Part shown: positions 29,037 to 39,614 of the stretch, one piece after another
How positions within the stretch are numbered: the stretch's first letter is position 1
How the letters are laid out: each line of letters opens with the position of its first letter
From: Myxococcales bacterium
GTDB taxonomy: Bacteria > Myxococcota_A > UBA9042 > UBA3505
Assembly (NCBI GenBank): GCA_963578775.1
Contig: CAUZEG010000005.1
Span: 1-57,788 of the forward strand
Reading direction: 5' to 3'
Length of the DNA stretch: 57,788 bases
Made by a program: the position numbers and the translations under genes
The notes under the pieces: model-generated
Seen by the model: only the letters and a program-made list of their open reading frames with translations
The model's database searches: none
What the model was told of the DNA's origin: nothing

Positions 29037-30695
29037 ATGCGGGGAACTAACGAGATGGTGCGGATCAGCCTTTTCACCGTGTTTGGGCTGCTGATCTTTG
29101 CCTGTGGAAGCAATGGTAACATTGGCGATCCGTCGGATACTGGAACTGATCTGGGAACCGATACGGGTAGCCAATTGGACCCAAACGATCCCTGCGTATC
29201 CTGCGCGATCGGGGCCGATGGGAGCCAGAACTGCGTGGTGGTCTCCGCGGGTAATGCCTGTGACGATTCGGATTGTTGCACGGAAAATGATCAATGTGTG
29301 ATTTGTGACGGTGATGATTGCCCGGCTTCGGGCCTGAGCTGTAGCGGGGCGTCGACCATCTGTGATGATGGTGATCCCTGCACCGATGATCTTTGTGATT
29401 GTTCTACCCGAGCTGCAGTCTGTGATACGCAGGTCAGCGCCGACGGTACGTCCTGTGTCTACGATGAGAACGCCTGCACCCAGGGGGACTTCTGTGCCAA
29501 CGGCAGTTGTGAGCCGGGACCGCCCATCGATATGGATGACGAGAATTCCTGCACCACGGATGTCTGTATCAAGGGTGTTGTGGAGCATCAGCCCCTGACC
29601 CAGGGACAATGTAATGACGGTGATGAATGTACTACGGGAGACGCCTGCTATCTGGGCAACTGCGTGGGTGGTCCGGCTGTAGTCTGTGAGCTGGCGGCCT
29701 GCGCGAGTTCGGTTTCCTGTGTGACCGGCGAAGGATGTCTCACCGTATGGTTGCCGGAAGGGGCCGCGTGCGATGATGGAGACCTGTGCACAACATCGGA
29801 TTCCTGCACGGTGGACAATGAATGTCTGGGGGACAGCGGCGATAATTGTGATGACGGAAACCCCTGCACCGAAGATTTCTGTGGCGAAGATGGCTCCTGT
29901 AACAATCCAACGGTCGCTGGGATCTGTGATGATCAGGATCCATGTACCCTCAGTGATAGCTGCTCGGGCGGCGTCTGTGCCGGACAAACACTCGACTGTT
30001 CCGTCTTGTCGGGGCCGTGCGGGGTTGGAATCTGCCAGAATGGAACCTGTTCCGTGATTCCCCAGGCCGGGGACTGTAACGACGGTGATCCCTGTACGGA
30101 TAACGACGTCTGCAGTAACGGCAGTTGTCAGGGCTCTCCGAAAGACTGTTCATCACTCGACAACGGTTGCGCCCAGGGTATTTGTGCCAACGGTAGCTGT
30201 GTGCCCGTACCTTCTACCGGTTCTTGTGATGATGGGAACCCGGAGACCTGTAATGACGCCTGTTCCGACGGTGTTTGCTCCGGATCTACGTGCAATCTCA
30301 TACCGGGCGATGTCTGTGACGACGCCATTCATCTGGGTGACGGTGGGATCCTGGATGTGGATCTTTGTGATTTTCAGCAGAACTATGCCTTTGAATGGTG
30401 TGGGATGACCGGACCCGAGATGGTGTTTTCGGTCAACCCTGTGTACGCGCAGGGAGCGATGCAAATGGACATTTTGCAGTCCATTCCGGGCATCGTGATC
30501 AACTATCGCGGTAGCAACATCACCCCCAATTCCTATCAATGCAATACCGACTATAATGGCTTTTGTTATGTGGGAGAGGGTGCCCAGAACGCCTGGGGAG
30601 GAATGCCTCTGACCGCGAAGATGTTTTATGCCGTCGGAAGCACCTCGGGTTCGTGTGGTCCCGTTCAGATCTCCGTGATGCCTGCGCCCAACTAG
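29037..30695 (+). CDS. Cys-rich repeat lipoprotein, paralog 1
   Basis: Lipobox IFAC; many CDDGDPCTxDxC repeats; non-repeat C-terminal domain. Start uncertain (28998, 29037 or 29055). Confidence 0.82.
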   Translation: MRGTNEMVRISLFTVFGLLIFACGSNGNIGDPSDTGTDLGTDTGSQLDPNDPCVSCAIGADGSQNCVVVSAGNACDDSDCCTENDQCVICDGDDCPASGLSCSGASTICDDGDPCTDDLCDCSTRAAVCDTQVSADGTSCVYDENACTQGDFCANGSCEPGPPIDMDDENSCTTDVCIKGVVEHQPLTQGQCNDGDECTTGDACYLGNCVGGPAVVCELAACASSVSCVTGEGCLTVWLPEGAACDDGDLCTTSDSCTVDNECLGDSGDNCDDGNPCTEDFCGEDGSCNNPTVAGICDDQDPCTLSDSCSGGVCAGQTLDCSVLSGPCGVGICQNGTCSVIPQAGDCNDGDPCTDNDVCSNGSCQGSPKDCSSLDNGCAQGICANGSCVPVPSTGSCDDGNPETCNDACSDGVCSGSTCNLIPGDVCDDAIHLGDGGILDVDLCDFQQNYAFEWCGMTGPEMVFSVNPVYAQGAMQMDILQSIPGIVINYRGSNITPNSYQCNTDYNGFCYVGEGAQNAWGGMPLTAKMFYAVGSTSGSCGPVQISVMPAPN

Positions 30696-30812
30696 GACAT
30701 CGCACCCGACCTGTGTCGGCTAATGCGAATGAGCCGCCTGTCTTGGCAGGAGAAAAACAAAAACCGCGTGACGTGCACGTACGTTTCGGTTAGTTGTTTC
30801 GCCGACTTTGGG

Positions 30813-32489
30813 ATGGAGCGCTTTGTGTATTTGTATAAACCGTTTGTTTTTTTGAGTTTGTCTATTGGTCTTCTGGTCTCCGTAAATATGGTGGGTTGTG
30901 GGTCGTCGGAGTCCGGGGCTCCGGCAGGCAACTGGGACGTACAGTTTGAAGATACTGCGCCCCAATTCGGACCGGACGACCCATGTGTTGTGTGCACGAC
31001 AGATGAGATCGGACAGGAGAGCTGTGCACCGAAAAATGTGGGCGCGATTTGCGATGATGCAAACTGTTGCACACAGAATGAATCCTGTGAGGCCTGTACG
31101 GGTGATAATTGCCCTGCGTCTGGATTGACCTGCGTGGGGGAACAGTCTGCTTGTAATGATAATGACCCATGTACCGACGATTTGTGTACGTGCGGGGCCG
31201 ACGAGCCAACCTGTATGTACCCGCCCGGCGCGAACGGCACTCCCTGTGTCTATGATGAGAATGCCTGTAACCAGGGTGATAGCTGTATGAATGGCTGGTG
31301 TGAGCCTGGGGCTGCCGTGGACCTGGATGATGGGAATGCCTGCACACAGGATGTCTGCGTGAAGGGCAAGGTAGAGCATGAACCGATGACACAAGGACAA
31401 TGTGACGATGGTGACGAATGCACCACAGATGACCATTGCTATCTCGGAAGTTGTATAGGAGGACCGTTGGTCATATGCCAGGGGAGGCCCTGTGCCAGCT
31501 CTATATCCTGCATTACTGGACAGGGGTGTGTCCCGGTATGGTTACCCGAAGGAGCCGCCTGCGATGATGGTAACAACTGTACATTTGGGGATGCCTGTAC
31601 CGCCGACAGCGTCTGTGCCGGTGATCCGCTGGGCGCATGCGACGATCAAAATCCCTGTACACAAGATGGCTGCGATGAGGATGGAAACTGTATCCACGCG
31701 AATATAGAGTCCGACTGTAATGATGGAAATCCGTGCACCATGGATGATGTCTGCGAAGAGGGCTGGTGTCAGGGAACGCTCGCGGATTGTTCGGTGCTTG
31801 ATAGCCAATGTACTGCTGGGACCTGTCAGAATGGTGGCTGTATCGCTACGCCGATTCCGGGGGGATGTGAGGATGGCGACTTATGCACGGCATATGATCT
31901 GTGCCATGAAGGAACCTGTATTTCAGGAAATCCGTTGGATTGTTCCGAGTTGGATGGACCGTGTAGCGAAGGCGTATGCAACAATGGACTCTGTGCAGAG
32001 AACCTCGTATCGGGCATATGTGACGATGGCGATCCTCTGACCTGCAACGACAACTGTGGTTCGGGGACCTGTACCGGTGGTCCTTGTGTCCAGGGGCCCG
32101 GTGAGACTTGTGATGATCCTATCGATATGGGCAGTGGTGGGATCCTCGAAGTCAATACCTGCGACTTCCAGACGAACTATCCCTACAACTGGTGTGGTAT
32201 TCAGGGGCCTGAGGTCATATTTACCGTTAAGGCAGGGTATGCACAGGGCAGTCTGAACATAGTTATTCTCGAGTCCATCCCCAATCTGGTGATCAACTAT
32301 CGATTCTACATATATGACTGGTGTGTGTCGTCTGATTCATTCCAGGTCAACGGATTCTGCAGCGTTAACACCGCACCCAATATTGGCTGGGGTGGTTACG
32401 ATCCCAACGCGGATCTCTATTTTGCGATAGGTTCCTGGACTGGAGATTGTGGATTAGTACGACTCTCTGTGTATACCCAGGGGAATTGA
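30813..32489 (+). CDS. Cys-rich repeat lipoprotein, paralog 2
   Basis: Lipobox MVGC; colinear with paralog 1 (e.g. CVYDENAC, VWLPEGAACDDG, WCG.GPE). Start uncertain (30723 or 30813). Confidence 0.82.
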   Translation: MERFVYLYKPFVFLSLSIGLLVSVNMVGCGSSESGAPAGNWDVQFEDTAPQFGPDDPCVVCTTDEIGQESCAPKNVGAICDDANCCTQNESCEACTGDNCPASGLTCVGEQSACNDNDPCTDDLCTCGADEPTCMYPPGANGTPCVYDENACNQGDSCMNGWCEPGAAVDLDDGNACTQDVCVKGKVEHEPMTQGQCDDGDECTTDDHCYLGSCIGGPLVICQGRPCASSISCITGQGCVPVWLPEGAACDDGNNCTFGDACTADSVCAGDPLGACDDQNPCTQDGCDEDGNCIHANIESDCNDGNPCTMDDVCEEGWCQGTLADCSVLDSQCTAGTCQNGGCIATPIPGGCEDGDLCTAYDLCHEGTCISGNPLDCSELDGPCSEGVCNNGLCAENLVSGICDDGDPLTCNDNCGSGTCTGGPCVQGPGETCDDPIDMGSGGILEVNTCDFQTNYPYNWCGIQGPEVIFTVKAGYAQGSLNIVILESIPNLVINYRFYIYDWCVSSDSFQVNGFCSVNTAPNIGWGGYDPNADLYFAIGSWTGDCGLVRLSVYTQGN

Positions 32490-32881
32490 TTGCGATTCGG
32501 TTCCGCTTCGCTCTCCCTATCTTGAACACCCTCTTCGGAATCAAGAAGCACCCCCCTATGTTCTTATCTTAAGACCCGTCGAAACCCATAAAGCGAGGAC
32601 CGTAACGGGCTTTGCTGGAATCGGTAAATTTAGTTCTGATTTTGAATTCAAGGTGTCCATTTGGTGGTCGATTGGGACAACTAGAGCCCGACTAATTTCC
32701 TATTAATTCCCGACCATCTGGAGTCAGGGAACGCCCCCCAGGCAAACAGCATCAATTGTTGAAAACGCCTAGAAAAATTGTGCAGTTAGCCCGAAAAACG
32801 GCTATAATAAGAAGGTCAGTTTTTCACGCTATCGCCAAGATTCGGTCGGATTACCTGGGAGGGGAATTCCGAAGGGGGTGG

Positions 32882-34360
32882 ATGGTGTATCGGTTACGGT
32901 CTCCATATGTGTCCATTATCGCTCTGATTCTTCTACTCGGCTGTCATAAAACACAGCCGAGGTCAGTAGCGCTCGATGTGGCGATGGAGATCAAGAAACC
33001 CTGGCTGGATGTGGCGGTCCCGCTGGTGGAAGACGGACGTGTGCTGGATGCCGGTCCTATCGTATGGCTTACCCACGAGGTCATGGGGCTCGATGCGGGC
33101 CCGGACGGAGATGTGCGCGAGGAGATTGCGCTGGCCGCGGGACTGGTGCGAAGCGAAGATATTGATACGGAGGACCAGTTCCTCATCCGTCCACTGGCCG
33201 ATGCAATCAGTAACCTCCCCAAAACGGAACCCTTGAAGCCTACGGTGCTTTATGTGCACCGGACCATGCCCTTCCGAACGGTAGCCCAGGTGGCACATAC
33301 CCTACGTGCCATGGGACGGATGGAGATATTTATGGCCGCTCGATCTCCCGACAATATGGTAGCGTTGCATCTTCGAATGCCAGTCTATCAAGATTGGGAG
33401 GGGCGGAATCAGGCTATCCGGTACCGTTCGGATGTTACGCTGAAATGGGGCATAAACGGCGTTCGAGCCATTGGAAACCCGCAGCCACAGGGGTCGGTGC
33501 CGAGTGTGGTCTGGAATATCGATCTACCGATGGATTCCGTGGAATTGATTCTACAACCGGGACGATGTCCTTTGATGCCGCGACATCGAGGGCGTCTCAG
33601 CGCACATTGGTCCCTGGATGAATTGCTACGGGTGGTATGCCAGTTGAACGATGAAGCGTATGGAGTCACCCTCGCACCTACTCCGGACACGGAGTTCGAT
33701 GAGGTCGCCAAGGTTCTGGAGATGATCCACCAACCCGAAGATTGTGCCATCTCAGTTCGCTTCGAGACCGACCCGCCACCGCGACGGAATGGGGCCCAGT
33801 CGGTGCCGGAATTGGCGCACGGATGCAAGGATGCGGTTCTGGCGTCGAGTGTAGTGAACCACTTCAACCATGAGAGTCTTTTCCTATGGCAGCAAATTCA
33901 TGGGAAAACAGGACAACTGGAAAAAAAAAAAGACGGCCGACTAGAGCGCAAATGGCGAAGAATGGGGTTGATGTCGGACACTGAAGTGAAGACGTACTGG
34001 AAAGATCGGGAGAAAAGCCCGGGCATGCGCGGTAGTGTCTCGCTGGGATCGGTTGCGACCCTGCAAGGATCCGCCGAGGGTGTAAAGTGGGTCCAGCCCG
34101 GTCTGGGCACTATTATCCGCCCCATCAAGGAATGCTACTACGCGGCGCTGGGCCGACGCGGAACCACAACTGGAAGCATAACCCTGGAATTTTCTGTCGA
34201 GCCATCCGGTTCCGTGATGAACACAATGGTCCTGGATAATTCAACCATGGACCAGGAATTGGGCGAATGTGTCTTTGAACTGACGCAGGCTTTGGCTTTT
34301 GATGATTCGACTTCGAGCCAGACCTTTGAAGTGACCTGGAATTTCAAGACGCCCAACTAG
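32882..34360 (+). CDS. Lipoprotein with ExbD/AglS-like domains and C-terminal AgmX/TonB-C-like domain
   Basis: Lipobox LLGC; FLIRPLADAI...MPFRTVAQVAHTL (ExbD-like); IKECY...GSITLEFSVEPSGSV...LGECV (AgmX/PglI C-terminal). Confidence 0.65.
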   Translation: MVYRLRSPYVSIIALILLLGCHKTQPRSVALDVAMEIKKPWLDVAVPLVEDGRVLDAGPIVWLTHEVMGLDAGPDGDVREEIALAAGLVRSEDIDTEDQFLIRPLADAISNLPKTEPLKPTVLYVHRTMPFRTVAQVAHTLRAMGRMEIFMAARSPDNMVALHLRMPVYQDWEGRNQAIRYRSDVTLKWGINGVRAIGNPQPQGSVPSVVWNIDLPMDSVELILQPGRCPLMPRHRGRLSAHWSLDELLRVVCQLNDEAYGVTLAPTPDTEFDEVAKVLEMIHQPEDCAISVRFETDPPPRRNGAQSVPELAHGCKDAVLASSVVNHFNHESLFLWQQIHGKTGQLEKKKDGRLERKWRRMGLMSDTEVKTYWKDREKSPGMRGSVSLGSVATLQGSAEGVKWVQPGLGTIIRPIKECYYAALGRRGTTTGSITLEFSVEPSGSVMNTMVLDNSTMDQELGECVFELTQALAFDDSTSSQTFEVTWNFKTPN

Positions 34361-34373
34361 GGCTGGTCAACGG

Positions 34374-35285
34374 CTATTTCAACAACTGATGGCAGTCTCG
34401 TTCCAGCTGGACGGGATCCAGCTCGGTCCCAATGAAGACCAGCACATGCCCGGTAGGGGATCGGCCCGGTTCAATAGGGCGTATATCCACCCGACCGGAG
34501 ACGACGTTGACCAGTTGCCAGCCGGGCAGTTCATCGGTGCGAACAAGCCCCTTTGTTCGTAGAATGGTGGAGGGCAAGGCATATAGGAAATCCTCCAACC
34601 GTTCGTCGTCAAAGATACACTGGGTCTCAAAGCACCAGGTATCAAAGGTTGGATGCTCGGATATCTGGCCTTCTTCCAGCTCGGTCCAGGAACGAGGGGG
34701 CAGATTCGGTGCCAATATGAGGGACCAGGGCAGGATCCCAAAACGGGCCGGGAGTATAGCTGCGTGAGAGTTGATCCCTTTGATCCTCTCGATGGCCTGC
34801 TGTCCCTCGTCGTCTACCAGGTCCATCTTATTCAAGACCAGGATGTCCGCGCGTTCGATCTGGAGCGCGGCCATGGGGGATTGTTTGACCGAGTCTTCAA
34901 TATTGGCCCCATCGACAACCGTGACCAATGCGTCAATTCGATATCGATCACCGAGCTCGTTTCGCACAAAGGTCCATGCGACGGGAAGTGGATCGGCCAG
35001 CCCGGTCGTCTCAATGACAACATGGGTTATCTGTTTGTTATCAAGTAGGTTTGTAGCTAATACTTCAAGCTCTTTGTTCAAGGCGCAACAGATGCAGCCG
35101 TTGTCTAATTCCACGAACTGTTCTCCGCCCGTCACTACGCTACCGTCGATGCCGACAGCCCCAAATTCATTCACGATCACTGCGACTCGAAAGCCATGAT
35201 CTTCGTGCAATAGCCGGTTGAGCAACGTCGTTTTACCACTACCGAGGAAACCGGAAATAACAGTGACTGGAACCGGGTCGGACAT
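34374..35285 (-). CDS. CobW/COG0523 family metal-chaperone GTPase
   Basis: GFLGSGKTT, NEFG, GCICC, ETTGLADP, NKMD and LRTKG motifs. Confidence 0.95.
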   Translation of the reverse strand: MSDPVPVTVISGFLGSGKTTLLNRLLHEDHGFRVAVIVNEFGAVGIDGSVVTGGEQFVELDNGCICCALNKELEVLATNLLDNKQITHVVIETTGLADPLPVAWTFVRNELGDRYRIDALVTVVDGANIEDSVKQSPMAALQIERADILVLNKMDLVDDEGQQAIERIKGINSHAAILPARFGILPWSLILAPNLPPRSWTELEEGQISEHPTFDTWCFETQCIFDDERLEDFLYALPSTILRTKGLVRTDELPGWQLVNVVSGRVDIRPIEPGRSPTGHVLVFIGTELDPVQLERDCHQLLK

Positions 35286-35480
35286 TTTCCCTCAAGGTGC
35301 TACGATCAATATTGTGGGCAATCGCGGTTCATGTACACGACTTTTTCGGGGCCCGCCACTCCTCCTGGAAATTCTGGGCACAAAAAAGAATATCTCCCGT
35401 TCTTACTTTCAAAAAGCAAGGGGAGCGATGTATAAAGAGCTTGTGTGCTGGGTACGCTTGTTCTAGGCTGACCGACCAGC

Positions 35481-37427
35481 TTGCCGCTCATTTCCCCTGT
35501 ACAGGAATATGATTTGAGACTTCATGGCCGCATCCTCTACCTCAGCGATGACAACGATCAGATTCGTGATCAGTTGGATGGTGGGGACCTGGCGGATGTA
35601 CCGGATCTGGCCTTTGGGGTGAACACAGATGATATGATCAGTGGGCAGGCCTGTACCCGAGGGTATACGCCTGACGTGCTGGGTCCGTACTTCCTGGAGA
35701 ACTTTCGAGAAATCATTCGGGAGAAGGATGTAAAGAGCGGTGGCTTCCAGGTCGTGGTTGGCGGGGACGCCTATGGAACGGGCTCTTCTCGTGAGGCGGC
35801 AGTCGTCGCACATCAGGGAGCCGGAATTGAGCTGATTATTGCCCAGAGCTTCCAGCGCATATTCCAAGAAAATATGGTGTACGCTGGAGTCCCCTTTACA
35901 ACGGATATGTCGGTCCTGGATCGACTCAAGGCCAACGAAGATATCGCTCCCAGCGAGTTTCATGATGCCCTGCCACCATTTTTTCAAGCCGTGGCGCGGA
36001 GTGGAGGCCTTCTTCAGTATGGCTCGGCTCTGCTCGACGGGACTGAAGGTCCACCGTACGCAACGGATCTATCGTCTCGTCCCTTGAACTGTGTGGAAAA
36101 AATAATCGCGAAAAACACCTGGACTGGGAGCAATCGAGCGGAAGGCGTCTCGCGCGTTGATCCTGGGATGCAGGTGTTCTGCCGAGCCGGCTTTCGCGGT
36201 GTTCATGAATATACCGCCGGCATGGTCATGGCTCTATACGAGCAGGAGTGGGGTGATGTTCCGGTCGATTCGCCGGAACTGGTGGCTGCCTTTGAAGATC
36301 ACTTCGTACTTCTTGGGCACGATGCGGTTCCTGCGAATGTGCGCGAGTCGAGGCTTGCTCCCGCTACGAGACTTGCAGAGGAGATGGTTGAAGTCAGCGC
36401 CAAATATGGCCTTCGCCTCCACGGTCCCGGACGCGAGCATCCGGCTGGTGTATGTCATCGACTGGTAGTTGAGTATTATGCGCTGCCCGGAACCATCGTG
36501 GTTCTTACAGACAGCCATACGCCAACAGCTGGCGTATTGAATACCTTTGCATTCGGAGTGGGTTCCACTGCGATGTCCTTTGCTTTACGGACCGGACTGA
36601 TCCCGGTCACCGTACCCAAAGTGGTTCGAGTGGTCGTGGAAGGGGATGCGCAGGGTTATATCTCCCCCAAGGATTTGATCCTAAATCTCATTGGTGATCC
36701 CTACTTCCGCGAGGAACAATGGCGTGAGAGCCCAACGGATACCTGTGTGATTCAGTTTGGTGGTTCCGGGCTCGAACAGTGGAATGTGGACGAGTTGTCC
36801 GTCTTGACGAATATGACCGTAGAAGGCGGTCTTATGACCGGCGTGTTGGAGCCCTGTGATGCGGTTGTGAAATTCCTGGCCGACCGGCGTGGTGTCGATG
36901 TGAGCGACAATCTGGTCTATCCGGATGCGGGTGCGGAGTACGCGCATGAAATCATCGTACGGATGGAAGATATACCGATGACGGTCGCAACGCCCGGTGA
37001 TTCGCGAAATCGTCAGCCATTGGATGAGGTCGGAGACGTTCCGATCCATAACGTCGTGATTGCATCCTGTACTGGTGGCTCCTTTTCCGATCTTCAAGCG
37101 GCCGCCGAAATCTTGAATGAACATCCTCTGGCACCCAACGTTCGCGTTACAGTGACCCCGTCGAGTGCGGATGTCCTGCATGAGGCAGACGAGGCGGGCT
37201 ATATTGATATCTTCAAGTCCGCCGGCTGCGTCGTGACCTTGCCGGGATGCGGATCCTGTATTGGAAATGGACCCGGTATTCCTCGTGACGGGGAGACCAC
37301 GGCCAGCACCACCAACCGGAATTTTAATCGGCGTATGGGGGCTCCCGGACCCGTCTATCTGGTATCACCGGCTGTCGCCGCTGCAAGCGCCGTAACCGGT
37401 AAGCTGACCGATCCCAGGGGCCTCTAG
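35481..37427 (+). CDS. Aconitase/isopropylmalate-isomerase superfamily protein, swivel (LeuD-like) domain fused N-terminal to the LeuC-like domain
   Basis: NTDD, GSSREAA and SFQRIF (swivel); then DH, DSHT, SCTGG, GCGSCIG and TNRNF (large domain with three Fe-S Cys). Confidence 0.88.
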   Translation: MPLISPVQEYDLRLHGRILYLSDDNDQIRDQLDGGDLADVPDLAFGVNTDDMISGQACTRGYTPDVLGPYFLENFREIIREKDVKSGGFQVVVGGDAYGTGSSREAAVVAHQGAGIELIIAQSFQRIFQENMVYAGVPFTTDMSVLDRLKANEDIAPSEFHDALPPFFQAVARSGGLLQYGSALLDGTEGPPYATDLSSRPLNCVEKIIAKNTWTGSNRAEGVSRVDPGMQVFCRAGFRGVHEYTAGMVMALYEQEWGDVPVDSPELVAAFEDHFVLLGHDAVPANVRESRLAPATRLAEEMVEVSAKYGLRLHGPGREHPAGVCHRLVVEYYALPGTIVVLTDSHTPTAGVLNTFAFGVGSTAMSFALRTGLIPVTVPKVVRVVVEGDAQGYISPKDLILNLIGDPYFREEQWRESPTDTCVIQFGGSGLEQWNVDELSVLTNMTVEGGLMTGVLEPCDAVVKFLADRRGVDVSDNLVYPDAGAEYAHEIIVRMEDIPMTVATPGDSRNRQPLDEVGDVPIHNVVIASCTGGSFSDLQAAAEILNEHPLAPNVRVTVTPSSADVLHEADEAGYIDIFKSAGCVVTLPGCGSCIGNGPGIPRDGETTASTTNRNFNRRMGAPGPVYLVSPAVAAASAVTGKLTDPRGL

Positions 37428-38005
37428 CGAATACTTCGGCTGATCTCTTTGAAGGCTTCGCCGCCAGCGCGTCGTAACCATTCAAAAAGGACCGATTCGA
37501 TGGGTAGGACACGGCAACCTGCGGCCCGGAGGTCGTCTTGTGCGAGGCGGAAATTTGCCTTCGTACGGCTTGCAATGGCATCGGCGACCACCGTGACTTG
37601 ATAACCTTGTTCCAGGGCCTGGTGGGCGGTTTGAAGGACGCAGACATGGGCTTCGGCGCCACATAGGACCAACTGGGTGCGTTGTAGGGCTTTGAGTCTG
37701 TCCGCGAAGGCTGGGGCATCCAGGCACGAGAACTCGAGCTTTTCGATGGGACCCCAGGGTTCGCCGGCGTCATCGATTATGGAACCCATCGTCAATCCCA
37801 GGCCTTTGGGGTACTGCTCCGTAACCAGGATGGGAATATTCAGTAGTCGTGCAGACCGTGTCAGAAGGCAGGTATTGTCGATCGTCTGTTCGGCGACAGA
37901 CCGCTTCATGGCCGCCATAAGCTTTTCCTGCACATCGATCACCACCAGAACGGAATCATCCTGGTTCAATCGTGACGGAAGTCTGGCGGTCGTGTCCGGC
38001 CCCAT
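37424..38005 (-). CDS. Isochorismatase-family hydrolase
   Basis: IDVQEKL, TEQYPKGLG, K.EFSC and EAHVCVLQTA motifs. Confidence 0.93.
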   Translation of the reverse strand: MGPDTTARLPSRLNQDDSVLVVIDVQEKLMAAMKRSVAEQTIDNTCLLTRSARLLNIPILVTEQYPKGLGLTMGSIIDDAGEPWGPIEKLEFSCLDAPAFADRLKALQRTQLVLCGAEAHVCVLQTAHQALEQGYQVTVVADAIASRTKANFRLAQDDLRAAGCRVLPIESVLFEWLRRAGGEAFKEISRSIR

Positions 38006-38026
38006 GCAAAACCTGTCAGGCTGTTC

Positions 38027-39484
38027 TCAGTAGCGGTAGCTATCGGGTTTGAACGGACCGTCCACGGAAACACCAATGTAGTCGGCCTGGTCTGGACGGA
38101 GTTTGGTAAGTTTGGCTCCCAACTTGTCCAGATGGAGACGAGCCACTTTTTCGTCGAGCTCCTTGGGAAGCACGTAGACCTTTTTCTCGTATTTCTCGCT
38201 GGCTCGCTCGGTCCAGAGTTCCAGCTGCGCGATGACCTGATTGGTAAAGCTATTGGACATAACAAAGCTCGGGTGACCAGTAGCACAGCCCAGGTTCAGG
38301 AGTCGGCCCTCCGCAAGGATGATGACGCCGTGCCCATCGGGGAAGACGAAACGATCCACTTGCGGCTTGATGTTTTCACCCTGGATGGCGGGATCATTCT
38401 GCAGACCGGCCATATCGATCTCATTATCGAAATGCCCGATGTTGCCCACGATGGCGTTATTCTTCATCTGCGCCATATGGTGTTTCATGATGATGTCGCG
38501 GTTTCCTGTAGTGGTCACGAAGATATCGGCCTGGGCCAGAACATCTTCCAGGACAACGACACTGAAGCCTTCCATACAGGCCTGGAGCGCACAGATCGGG
38601 TCGATTTCCGTTACCAGAACGCGGGCTCCATTTGCCTTCATGGCCTGGGCGCATCCCTTACCCACATCTCCGTAACCGCAGATGACGACGGTTTTTCCTG
38701 CGATCATAACGTCCGTAGCGCGCATGATACCGTCGGGAAGGGAATGGCGGCAGCCATATACATTGTCGAACTTGGACTTGGTCACCGAATCGTTGACGTT
38801 GATGGCCGGGAACAACAAAGTGCCATCGCGTTCCATTTCGTAGAGGCGGTGTACACCGGTCGTGGTCTCTTCGCTAACGCCCACAAGACGTTCTGCCATG
38901 CGATGCCAACGAGTCGGATCCTCCTGGAGCCCGTCACGGATGAGGGCCAGGATGATCTTGAATTCAGGGTTGTCGGTCGAATCGGGATCGGGCAGGCTCC
39001 CGTCCTTCGCAAAGGCGTTTTCGGCCGCAAATCCCTCGTGAATGAGGAGAGTGGCGTCTCCACCATCGTCGACGAGGATGTCGGGACCGTCCCCATCCGG
39101 CCAGGTAAGCGCCTGATTTGTGCACCACCAGTATTCCTCAAGGCTTTCACCCTTCCAGGCGAAGACGGCCGAGCTGCCAGCTCTTGCGATGGCTGCTGCG
39201 GCGTGATCCTGGGTGCTGAAGATATTGCAGGAACACCAGCGCACATCCGCGCCGAGCTCTTGAAGACTCTCAATCAAGACCGCCGTCTGTATCGTCATAT
39301 GGAGGGATCCCATGATGCGTGCACCCGCCAACGGTTGGGCGGCCCCATATTCATTTCGGCAGGCCATCAGGCCGGGCATTTCAACCTCGGCAAGTGTGAT
39401 CTCTTTGCGGCCCCAGTCGGCCAGGGAGAGATCCGCGACTTTGTAATCAGTAGAAGGAATGCCGTCGTGAACAGTGAGCGTCAT
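38027..39484 (-). CDS. ahcY: S-adenosylhomocysteine hydrolase
   Basis: [36 protein letters not shown] and GHPSFVMS motifs; terminal YRY. Confidence 0.98.
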   Translation of the reverse strand: MTLTVHDGIPSTDYKVADLSLADWGRKEITLAEVEMPGLMACRNEYGAAQPLAGARIMGSLHMTIQTAVLIESLQELGADVRWCSCNIFSTQDHAAAAIARAGSSAVFAWKGESLEEYWWCTNQALTWPDGDGPDILVDDGGDATLLIHEGFAAENAFAKDGSLPDPDSTDNPEFKIILALIRDGLQEDPTRWHRMAERLVGVSEETTTGVHRLYEMERDGTLLFPAINVNDSVTKSKFDNVYGCRHSLPDGIMRATDVMIAGKTVVICGYGDVGKGCAQAMKANGARVLVTEIDPICALQACMEGFSVVVLEDVLAQADIFVTTTGNRDIIMKHHMAQMKNNAIVGNIGHFDNEIDMAGLQNDPAIQGENIKPQVDRFVFPDGHGVIILAEGRLLNLGCATGHPSFVMSNSFTNQVIAQLELWTERASEKYEKKVYVLPKELDEKVARLHLDKLGAKLTKLRPDQADYIGVSVDGPFKPDSYRY

Positions 39485-39614
39485 GGGAGCTATCTCCTTA
39501 AGTGAAGACCCGGTTTACTCTTCCTTGCGCTTGGATTCAAGTTCATTGTTCAAACTAGTCGTTCAAAGAATTCGAACCACCGGATGGGAGCTGAGCGGGA
39601 AATCCGACCATATT

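Noticed and set aside
29037-32489. Multiheme cytochrome or polyferredoxin interpretation of the Cys-rich proteins
   Set aside because: No repeated CxxCH or CxxCxxC motifs. The pattern fits extracellular disulfide/Ca-type repeats.
32490-32881. AT-richer intergenic region as an ncRNA, or the 32756 TTG start
   Set aside because: No recognisable RNA structure. The lipoprotein signal fits the ATG at 32882 better.
38132-39505. 457-aa plus-strand ORF
   Set aside because: Antisense shadow of ahcY.
39485-39614. SAH or SAM riboswitch upstream of ahcY
   Set aside because: I could not see the conserved riboswitch core sequences. An Infernal/Rfam scan would settle it.
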